This document shows positions 17,401-24,000 of a stretch of DNA of 24,000 nucleotides, one piece after another. Both the position numbers and the translations under genes were made by a program. The stretch's first letter is position 1. The number at the start of each line of letters is the position of its first letter. Origin of the DNA: Colwellia psychrerythraea (GTDB lineage Bacteria; Pseudomonadota; Gammaproteobacteria; Enterobacterales; Alteromonadaceae); contig NZ_JQED01000005.1 in NCBI RefSeq assembly GCF_000764225.1, forward strand, positions 391,390 through 415,389, read 5' to 3'. The notes beneath the pieces are model-generated. The model ran no database searches. It worked only from the letters and a program-made list of their open reading frames with translations, and was not told the DNA's origin.

Positions 17401-17575
17401 ATTACCTATATTATACGGCACAGGTACCGGTTCAGAAGTGATGAGCCGCATTGCTGCACCTATGGTGGGTGGTATGGCGAGTGCTATGCTATTGACCTTG
17501 CTCGTTTTACCTGCTCTCTATTATTTATGGCGCTCAGCAAATTTACCAACGACTCTGGTTGAAGTTCAAGAATAA
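14411..17575 (+). CDS. cusA: Heavy-metal (Cu(I)/Ag(I)) efflux RND inner-membrane pump, CusA family
   Basis: 1054 aa, collinear with E. coli CusA ([70 protein letters not shown]). The CusA methionine triad contexts are conserved: [28 protein letters not shown], matching E. coli M573/M623/M672. Confidence 0.97.
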   Translation: [1054 protein letters not shown]

Positions 17576-17579
17576 TAAT

Positions 17580-18458
17580 ATGATAAAACACACTAAAAAC
17601 TTTATAGCAGTTAGCCTAGCGTTCTGGCTGATATGCACCAGCATTTTTGCTAAACCTGTTCAGGCAAATGTCTTAGTGGTCGCTTCCGATGAATGGTGCC
17701 CTTATATCTGCGACGACACTCATCTTCCTGGGTTTTTAGTTGAAATAGTCAATGAAATCGCTGCCAGTAATGGCATTAAGGTAAAGTTTGCTTTGACGCC
17801 ATTGGCAAAAGCCTTGGACCTCACCCAAAAAGGGAAAGTAGATATATTGCTTGGTTTGACATCACAACATATAAATGATTTTACACTCCAAAAAAGTCGC
17901 TTAAGCTTTGGCGGTTTATATAACGACTTTTATGTGCGCGCTAATAACCCATGGCGTTTTCAAAGTATTACAGACTTAGCAATGGCCCTAAAAAATAATG
18001 CTATTTTAGGGACAATTAACGGTTATGAGTATGGCGACAATATAGGTAATTTATTGAAAAATAATGCTGCACACATATTTTCAGCGAGTGGTAACTCTCC
18101 TTTGCAAAAACAACTGAAAATGTTGCAATTGGGGCGCTTAGACATTTTATTGGATTCAAGATTTACCGTGCAATATCAACTCTCTAAATTGGCAAGTAAC
18201 TCCTCAATGATAAATGCATCAACCACATCCGAGTCAACAATCATTTATGCTGGCACAGAAGGTGACTTTACCCCATTATTTTTAGGATTTTCTCCACTTT
18301 TGAGTAAAGAGCTGATACAACTTTTTGATAATGAGTTAATTAACTTTAGAGAAAATGGGCGACTAAATAAAATTTTAGCAAAATACGGCTTAAGAGATTG
18401 GCATCAACAGTCGACTACCGAACGAGATAAGACATCATCGTCCTTGATCGAAGGGTAA
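17580..18458 (+). CDS. Orphan periplasmic solute-binding protein, family 3 (SBP_bac_3-like), no cognate permease or ATPase in the window
   Basis: Signal peptide (AVSLAFWLICTSIFAKPVQA). Family-3 SBP pattern (VVASDEWCPYICDD...GFLVEIVNEIAASNGIKVKFALTPLAKALDLTQKGKVDILLGLT). The ATG at 17580 is 4 nt after the cusA stop. The TTG at 17559 used by the track overlaps cusA and is less likely. Confidence 0.72.
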   Translation: MIKHTKNFIAVSLAFWLICTSIFAKPVQANVLVVASDEWCPYICDDTHLPGFLVEIVNEIAASNGIKVKFALTPLAKALDLTQKGKVDILLGLTSQHINDFTLQKSRLSFGGLYNDFYVRANNPWRFQSITDLAMALKNNAILGTINGYEYGDNIGNLLKNNAAHIFSASGNSPLQKQLKMLQLGRLDILLDSRFTVQYQLSKLASNSSMINASTTSESTIIYAGTEGDFTPLFLGFSPLLSKELIQLFDNELINFRENGRLNKILAKYGLRDWHQQSTTERDKTSSSLIEG

Positions 18459-18518
18459 AGTCTTTTTGCAAAATCACCCTGTTTTCTTATTACTTTACCC
18501 ATAAAATGAAGACCATAA

Positions 18519-19100
18519 ATGCACTATTTTAAAATAATATTACATGCTGTCTTAATGAGTTTTCTCGCTATATTTAGTGTCAATGCTAATATAGAAATCA
18601 TTCAAGTCCCATTAAATAAACATCAATGGAGCTATGATACCGACCCTTATGGTAGCGAAGCGATTATTAATGAGAAACTTATTAGGCATGGTGGTATTTG
18701 GATTAAATTTAAGCGAGTACCACGCGTCGATGCCAAACGTAATTCATGGGTTGAATTAATTCACCGTTTACCTAACGCTTCTTTGGCAGGTAGTCAAAAA
18801 ATACGTTTAACCTACCAATGTGACATCCCCCTCATAATCAAGTTATCTCAACAAGAATATGGTAAACAAGGCGACCGAAGTGATGCCTATTACCAAATAG
18901 AATTACCACCAGCGAACCAGTGGTCAACTAAGGAAGTTAATTTGCAAGATTTTTCTAGACCAGATTGGACACCGGCTCACTCATACGATCATGGTTTAAT
19001 ACTCGATCATATTGATGCCATTTATCTAAGTCCTAGCATGACAGATAAAGACGGTGGCGAAGCGATTTTACAAGTACGTTCAATTACCCTATTACCTTAA
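18519..19100 (+). CDS. Secreted hypothetical protein (beta-rich, CBM/CIA30-like impression only)
   Basis: 193 aa with a signal peptide (LMSFLAIFSVNA). It has an alternating beta-strand-like pattern and ends AIYLSPSMTDKDGGEAILQVRSITLLP. Same strand as, and 60 nt after, the SBP gene. No family recognised with certainty. Confidence 0.55.
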   Translation: MHYFKIILHAVLMSFLAIFSVNANIEIIQVPLNKHQWSYDTDPYGSEAIINEKLIRHGGIWIKFKRVPRVDAKRNSWVELIHRLPNASLAGSQKIRLTYQCDIPLIIKLSQQEYGKQGDRSDAYYQIELPPANQWSTKEVNLQDFSRPDWTPAHSYDHGLILDHIDAIYLSPSMTDKDGGEAILQVRSITLLP

Positions 19101-19313
19101 AAGATCTTTTTCGCGATAACCGTGTATTAACACGCCTTCAATCAAAATAACCAATCTACCTGAAAGCGCTTTGTTACTAACTATATTTTCATGTGAAACC
19201 AAAATATATATTGGTTGGAAAGGTGCTTATGGACTGTCTACAACAGCTCAACACTATGGTAAAAACCTATGAGCTTAACGCTATTTTCTAGAAGATGAAT
19301 GGAGTTTAAGATA

Positions 19314-19853
19314 CTATTTTTTCAAGCCAACAATACTATATTCGCCCCCGACAGTAAGCTGAACCGTCACAGGCTTGTTTGATGTATTTTTCCAGTACCA
19401 ACCATGAATACCGGCAAATGGCGTAGTAAAACTACCTTTCATTTCCGTTAACGTCGCAATAGCATAACTTTCATAATAACCTGTGGTATCTCCTTCAGGC
19501 TCGCCGTGTAAATCAAAGAAAAGTGGAGCGCCATCAGTATGCCATTGATATTCCATTTTTTTAAACTGCGCCATGGCAAACTTATACTCAACCCCACGTC
19601 CAGCAGGAACAATTACGTCAATACTATCTGTTTTATGCTGAGCATCTGTGCTGAGTTTCTCACTTTGTTCTGTATTAATTATCGCAGTCCCCTCAGGATT
19701 GGCTAACGCCGTTAAACCAAGTTGAGTGCCAATACCTGTAGGATCTATATTGTATTCTGCTGGCAAGATAAAACTGATCAGTACTACGCCAGCAATCATC
19801 AGCGCGATAACGGTTGATTTAAATAAAGCCTTATTTGATAACGTATGTTGCAT
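19314..19853 (-). CDS. Single-pass membrane-anchored protein with a periplasmic beta-sandwich-like domain
   Basis: TM anchor STVIALMIAGVVLISFIL, then PAEYNIDPTGIGTQLGL and a His/Glu-containing domain (WHTDGAPLFFDLHGEPEGD...GIHGWYWKN). The likely start is Met10 of the tracked ORF (19853). It lies downstream of hupE on the same strand. Confidence 0.6.
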   Translation of the reverse strand: MQHTLSNKALFKSTVIALMIAGVVLISFILPAEYNIDPTGIGTQLGLTALANPEGTAIINTEQSEKLSTDAQHKTDSIDVIVPAGRGVEYKFAMAQFKKMEYQWHTDGAPLFFDLHGEPEGDTTGYYESYAIATLTEMKGSFTTPFAGIHGWYWKNTSNKPVTVQLTVGGEYSIVGLKK

Positions 19854-20082
19854 AAATACCCGTTCTACTTGAAGATGCATGACTCAGCTGGATTTAGGGA
19901 ATGCTGAGCAAATCATACTCTACGTTAGATTTCTTTTTAAGGGAATGACCCTTACTAAAAAAATGCGCCTTGATTATGAATCGCTCAGACTTCCTGAAAC
20001 GAGCATATTCAAGTCGAACGGGGATTTGTCTCTTAAATATCGAATTGCGTCAATGAGTGTATTGCTAATATTGAAAAAACCG

Positions 20083-20781
20083 CTAACCAGTAAAATAACC
20101 CGTTAACTGAAAGCCTATCAACATAAAACCCGCACTCATTAATATCGTATTACTTACCGTTGAAAATTGTGCAAACGAATGATGTTTTCGCCAAAAGCTA
20201 ATGAGCAGTAATATAAAGGTTAGTGCAGCAAACTGCCCTAACTCTACCCCTAAATTAAAGGCGATCAAGTTCTGCCACAAGCCCGCTTGGGGCAGTTGAA
20301 ACTCTTGTAGTTTTGTCGCTAAACCAAAACCATGGAACAAACCAAAAATCAGTACGGCTATTTTAGCATTTGGGCTAAAACCTAAGAGACGCTGAAAACC
20401 ACCCAAGTTATCAAAGCCCTTGTAAACCACAGACAAACCAATAATGGCATCAATGATATAAGCATTCACTTGCACATCACCAAGCACACCAAAGAGCAAG
20501 GTTAAGCTATGCCCCAAGGTAAACATGCTGACATACAATAAAATATCTTTGCTCTTGTATAGAAAGAATATTACGCCTGCTAAAAACAGCAAATGGTCAT
20601 ACCCGGTCACCATATGTTTGGCACCAATGTACATAAAAGGAAAGAATTGCACGCCGGTATTATTTTGTAAAAAAAGCCGAGTACTTTCATCTACGCCGTG
20701 AGCCATGGCATTGAAAGAGGCTAAACTCACCACACTCAATATTAGGGTGATTAAGGCTAGGCGACTACTTCGAGAAAACAT
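20083..20781 (-). CDS. hupE: HupE/UreJ-family membrane protein (putative Ni/Co or other divalent-metal permease)
   Basis: 232 aa. Signal-like N-terminus followed by His (AMAHGVDE). Family signature GAKHMVTGYDHLLFLAGVIFFL. Six hydrophobic segments. GLFHGFGLA and GVELGQ motifs. SD GGAG 8 nt upstream. Confidence 0.85.
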   Translation of the reverse strand: MFSRSSRLALITLILSVVSLASFNAMAHGVDESTRLFLQNNTGVQFFPFMYIGAKHMVTGYDHLLFLAGVIFFLYKSKDILLYVSMFTLGHSLTLLFGVLGDVQVNAYIIDAIIGLSVVYKGFDNLGGFQRLLGFSPNAKIAVLIFGLFHGFGLATKLQEFQLPQAGLWQNLIAFNLGVELGQFAALTFILLLISFWRKHHSFAQFSTVSNTILMSAGFMLIGFQLTGYFTG

Positions 20782-20930
20782 TAATAACTCCGCTGATTTG
20801 CAGACTGTATTGAGTGATTAAGATAATTGCTAAAAGATATCGCAATTAAACTGAGTACATAATGCCAGTTAAATAATTTCAGACAAGCCCTGTCATTAAG
20901 ATTTATCTGCTCGCTCAGCACAGACAAAAC

Positions 20931-20952
20931 ACAAACAACACAAACAACACAA
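20931..20952. repeat. Short tandem repeat, 9-bp unit ACAAACAAC x about 2.4
   Basis: ACAAACAAC ACAAACAAC ACAA read directly at 20931-20952 in the hupE/xdhA intergenic region. Confidence 0.7.
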
Positions 20953-20976
20953 TATTCAATGCGCGTTAATTTCACA

Positions 20977-20993
20977 TGATGAAATTTTCATCA
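20977..20993. promoter_or_regulatory. Perfect 8-1-8 palindrome TGATGAAA-T-TTTCATCA, candidate operator upstream of hupE
   Basis: Read directly. It lies 196 bp upstream of the hupE ATG and 272 bp upstream of the xdhA ATG. The outer TGAT...ATCA half-sites loosely resemble Fur-family boxes, but overall identity to the Fur consensus is weak. Confidence 0.3.
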
Positions 20994-21173
20994 ATATTTT
21001 GTCGTGAAAAACATTGCCGTAAAAATGCAATTCACTTTTTAAAACCCTACACCAACGCACTGTTTTAGCAGAACTTCATCGCTTAATATCCGTTTTTTAT
21101 ACTGCCTTTAACCAAGTATTAAGTAAGTTTTATTAGCCTTCTGTGACACTTTCGGTAACAAAAACATCAAAGC

Positions 21174-21207
21174 TGACACTTGTGTCAAGTTATGATTCTG
21201 CTATAGT
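21174..21207 (+). promoter_or_regulatory. Candidate xdh promoter with overlapping palindrome TGACAC-TT-GTGTCA
   Basis: Palindrome at 21174-21187. An extra half-site TGACACT at 21144-21150. TTGTGT (21180-21185), 16-nt spacer, TATAGT (21202-21207), about 58 nt upstream of the xdhA ATG. Confidence 0.3.
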
Positions 21208-21264
21208 AAATCCATACGAATATTCAACTCGACACAAAAAATCAAAATTAAAGCGGAAAGAATA

Positions 21265-22737
21265 ATGGTAGCAAATACAATAAAATTCCTGTTAAACAAT
21301 GAGCTGGTAAAGATTGAAAACTTAGATCCTAACAAGACTGTTTTACAATATTTACGTGAAGAGCAATTTAAATCTGGCACAAAAGAAGGCTGTGCTTCAG
21401 GTGATTGCGGGGCTTGTACCGTGGTATTAGCTGAACTAGATAGTGAAAACCCTGCTCAGCTTAGTTATAAGTCGATTAACTCTTGTATTACTTTCGTCGG
21501 TAATTTACATGGTAAGCAATTGATCACCGTCGAAGATTTGAAAGAAGGTGCTCAGTTGCATCACGCTCAACAAACCATTGTTGATAACCACGGTTCACAA
21601 TGTGGATTCTGTACCCCTGGATTTGTTATGTCTTCTTTTGCCTTGCATAAGCAAAATAACAAACCAAATCGCGCTGAGGTATTAGAAGCTTTAGCGGGTA
21701 ATTTATGTCGTTGTACTGGCTACCGCTCAATTATCGAAGCGGCAATTACCTCGAGTGAAAGTGCTGCAGAAGATTCATTTGCTAAACACTACCAACAAAC
21801 AGTTGCCGCACTTACAGAATTACAACAATCACCTACGCCAGCTTTAGCGGGTAATGGCCATCACTATATTGCGCCAAAAAATATTGATGAGTTAGCAACT
21901 GAGTTAACCAATGAACCTACATCAATGTTAGTGGCTGGTGGTACTGATTTAGCCCTGTCGGTTACTCAAAATTTAGCCACGATTGATAAGCTTGTGTATG
22001 TCGGTAATGTTGCAGAGTTAACTACTATCGAAGAAACTGATGATGAGATAATTATTGGCTCTGCTCTACCTTACAGTGAATTTATCGATACCTTGCATCA
22101 TTACTACCCTGATTTAGGGGAGATGATTGAACGTATTGGCTCTAAGCAAGTACGTAATACCGGTACCTTAGGCGGCAACGTTGGAAATGCCTCACCTATT
22201 GGTGATATGCCACCGGCATTGATCGCTTTGGGCGCGACTATGACGCTGCATGTTCAAGGTCAAGAACGTACTATCTTAGTTGAAGACTACTTTGTCGACT
22301 ACAAGAAAACGGTGCTCAAATCATCCGAGTTTATTAAATCAATCCAAATACCTAAGCCCACCAAGGGTCAAACATTAAAGCTTTATAAGATATCAAAACG
22401 TATAGATGACGATATCTCAGCGGTATTAGCTGCCTTTTTCATCGAACAAACTGGCCAAAAAGTTACCAATGTCCGTTTAGCATTTGGTGGTATGGCCGCT
22501 ATTCCTAAACGTGGTCCAGCAGCAGAAGCGGCATTAATAAATGAAGACTTAACAAAAGAGTCTGTCGCGCGAGCTAAAACGGCCTTAGCCACTGACTTCC
22601 AACCTATGTCAGATGTGCGTGCTTCTGATAAGTACCGAATGACCGTAGCGCAAAACCTGATTGAAAAATGCTATTTAGAGCTGCAAAGCACCAATGCAAG
22701 AGAAGTTATTGAAACACGAGTGGTAAATTATGCGTAG
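21265..22737 (+). CDS. xdhA: Xanthine dehydrogenase small subunit (2Fe-2S and FAD-binding)
   Basis: 490 aa. Plant-type [2Fe-2S] motif GTKEGCASGDCGACTV. Second cluster HGSQCGFCTPGFVMS...CRCTGY. FAD domain (VAGGTDL...GTLGGNVGNASPIGD). CO-dehydrogenase flavoprotein C-terminal domain. Confidence 0.93.
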   Translation: MVANTIKFLLNNELVKIENLDPNKTVLQYLREEQFKSGTKEGCASGDCGACTVVLAELDSENPAQLSYKSINSCITFVGNLHGKQLITVEDLKEGAQLHHAQQTIVDNHGSQCGFCTPGFVMSSFALHKQNNKPNRAEVLEALAGNLCRCTGYRSIIEAAITSSESAAEDSFAKHYQQTVAALTELQQSPTPALAGNGHHYIAPKNIDELATELTNEPTSMLVAGGTDLALSVTQNLATIDKLVYVGNVAELTTIEETDDEIIIGSALPYSEFIDTLHHYYPDLGEMIERIGSKQVRNTGTLGGNVGNASPIGDMPPALIALGATMTLHVQGQERTILVEDYFVDYKKTVLKSSEFIKSIQIPKPTKGQTLKLYKISKRIDDDISAVLAAFFIEQTGQKVTNVRLAFGGMAAIPKRGPAAEAALINEDLTKESVARAKTALATDFQPMSDVRASDKYRMTVAQNLIEKCYLELQSTNAREVIETRVVNYA

Positions 22738-24000
22738 TCTTATTGATGTAAAGAAAGCCGTTACTAATAAAGTACAAACTAACACAGACAAAAGTGTTGT
22801 TAACGGACAACAACATGTTGGTTTAGGTGGCGTAGGTCGTTCTAAAAAACATGAAAGTGCTGACAAGCAAGTTGCTGGTGAAGCTATTTATGTTGATGAT
22901 CGCCCATCACTGCGCGGTGAGTTACATGCTGCAGTAGGTCAATCGACCATGGCACACGCCAATATTATTTCAATGGACTTATCAGCCGTTAAAGCTGCTG
23001 AGGGTGTGGTAGCTGTCATTACGGTTGAAGATGTGCCGGGACATACCGATATTGGCCCAGTATTTCCTGGCGACCCAGTTCTTGCTATTGGTAAAGTTGA
23101 ATTTATTGGCCAACCGCTTTTCGCCGTCGCAGCAACCAGTTTCGATCTTGCGCGTAAAGCTGTAAAACTGGCGAGAATTGAATACCAAGAACTTGAAGCG
23201 GTACTTACCGTGAAAGATGCCTTAGCAAAACAAAGCTTTGTTCGTCCACCGTTTACCATGAAACGTGGTGATTCTGCATCAGCTATAGCAGCAGCAGAAC
23301 ATCAATTATCGGGTGAAATCCTAGTAGGTGGTCAAGAGCATATGTATCTTGAAGGGCAAGTATCAACGGCTGAACCAACCGAAGATGGCGGCATGAGTAT
23401 TTTCACATCTTCGCAGCACCCGAGTGAAGTACAAAAGTTAGTGGCTGAAGTGTTGGATATACCACTAAACAAAGTATTAGTTGATATGCGCCGTATGGGT
23501 GGTGGTTTTGGTGGTAAAGAAACACAGGCCGCACCTTGGGCATGTATCGCCGCTTTATTAGCAAATGTTACGCAACGTCCTGTTAAGTTTAAGTTAGCCC
23601 GTATGGACGATATGGTAATGACAGGTAAACGTCATCCCTTTGAAAATAACTACACCGTAGGCTTTGACCAAGATGGTCAGATCAAAGGTATTAACATCGA
23701 AGTTAATGGTAATTGTGGATACTCACCAGATTTATCTGATGCCATTGTTGATAGAGCGATGTTCCACTCAGATAACGCTTACTACTTAGATCAAGCCACA
23801 GTTACTGGTAATCGTTGTAAACTGAATACCGTATCTCATACTGCTTACCGTGGTTTTGGTGGTCCGCAAGGCATGATGACCATTGAAATGGTAATGGATG
23901 ATATCGCCCGTCATTTAGGTAAAGACCCGTTAGAAATTCGTAAAATCAACTTATATGGCAGTGATGACCGTAACGAAACCCACTACCATCAACAAGTTGA
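22730..24000 (+). CDS. xdhB: Xanthine dehydrogenase molybdopterin-binding large subunit (5' part; continues beyond the window)
   Basis: The ATG at 22730 overlaps the xdhA stop by 8 nt. The frame is open to the window end. My own translation gives MRSLIDVKK...GVGRSKKHESADKQVAGEAIYVDDRP...GGQEHMYLEGQ...MGGGFGGKETQ...YRGFGGPQGM, typical of XdhB. It is absent from the ORF track because no stop lies inside the window. Confidence 0.93.
   Translation, partial: MRSLIDVKKAVTNKVQTNTDKSVVNGQQHVGLGGVGRSKKHESADKQVAGEAIYVDDRPSLRGELHAAVGQSTMAHANIISMDLSAVKAAEGVVAVITVEDVPGHTDIGPVFPGDPVLAIGKVEFIGQPLFAVAATSFDLARKAVKLARIEYQELEAVLTVKDALAKQSFVRPPFTMKRGDSASAIAAAEHQLSGEILVGGQEHMYLEGQVSTAEPTEDGGMSIFTSSQHPSEVQKLVAEVLDIPLNKVLVDMRRMGGGFGGKETQAAPWACIAALLANVTQRPVKFKLARMDDMVMTGKRHPFENNYTVGFDQDGQIKGINIEVNGNCGYSPDLSDAIVDRAMFHSDNAYYLDQATVTGNRCKLNTVSHTAYRGFGGPQGMMTIEMVMDDIARHLGKDPLEIRKINLYGSDDRNETHYHQQV

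Noticed and set aside
9370-17451. Antisense or nested tracked ORFs inside the HExxH gene and inside cusC/B/A (for example 9370-9666, 11460-11708, 11837-12037, 12078-12281, 12413-12664, 12764-12988, 13954-14169, 14872-15099, 15850-16128, 16990-17172, 17257-17451).
   Set aside because: They are embedded in confidently assigned genes and lack independent signals. They are typical shadow ORFs.
19939-19953. AAGGG-aatga-CCCTT hairpin in the hupE/anchored-protein spacer, considered as a terminator.
   Set aside because: The T-run precedes and the A-run follows the stem on both strands, which is the wrong polarity for an intrinsic terminator in either direction.
19879-20106. 75-aa plus-strand ORF between the anchored-protein gene and hupE.
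   Set aside because: It overlaps the ends of both minus-strand genes and has no SD or motifs, so it is probably spurious.
20781-20975. 64-aa minus-strand ORF upstream of hupE (contains CVVCVVCV).
   Set aside because: The Cys-Val repeat is just the translation of the ACAAACAAC tandem repeat. It has a GTG start and no SD, and it overlaps the hupE start codon.
20782-21264. Looked for a cobalamin (B12-box), NiCo or other riboswitch in the hupE leader.
   Set aside because: No GCCACTG-type B12 box or conserved multi-stem architecture was evident by eye. Only small, unrelated hairpins were seen. An Infernal/Rfam scan would be decisive.
22383-23259. Minus-strand ORFs inside xdhA and xdhB (22383-22592, 22675-22866, 22939-23259, 22982-23188).
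   Set aside because: They are antisense to strongly supported xdh genes and have no supporting signals.
1-24000. Scan for CRISPR repeats, tRNA or rRNA genes, IS transposases, integrases, toxin-antitoxin pairs and known defence-system hallmarks.
   Set aside because: No regularly spaced repeats, tRNA-like T-arm signatures, DDE or tyrosine-recombinase motifs, or nuclease, helicase or ATPase defence-type ORFs were seen. Every long ORF is accounted for above.

Overview
AT-rich chromosomal segment that looks like a marine gammaproteobacterium (Alteromonadales-like). That guess rests on protein similarity to enterobacterial orthologues plus A/T-rich codon usage; it was not verified by any search. 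Both ends are ordinary core metabolism: ilvD-ilvA (196-3726, +) and xdhA-xdhB (21265 to beyond 24000, +). Between them lies an accessory stress and metal block. (i) A small Gly-rich membrane protein. (ii) A minus-strand string of MarR regulator, di-haem cytochrome c peroxidase/MauG-like lipoprotein, and an ECF sigma factor with no adjacent anti-sigma gene. (iii) Two GST-fold genes divergent from marR, with three TCCATGGA palindromes in the shared promoter region. (iv) A very AT-rich orphan gene with an HExxH motif, followed by about 530 bp without a convincing ORF. (v) A Cu(I)/Ag(I)-type HME-RND efflux operon (cusC/cusB/cusA-like). It is preceded by a Met/His/Cys-rich secreted protein and followed, 4 nt after cusA, by an orphan family-3 solute-binding protein and a small secreted protein. 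(vi) A minus-strand HupE/UreJ-type metal permease plus a membrane-anchored protein. I found no tRNA, rRNA, CRISPR array, transposase, integrase or recognisable defence system. The best candidates for something undescribed are the extended cus locus, the sigma/peroxidase pair and the orphan HExxH gene with its non-coding tail. All three are inferences from motifs and synteny, not demonstrated systems.
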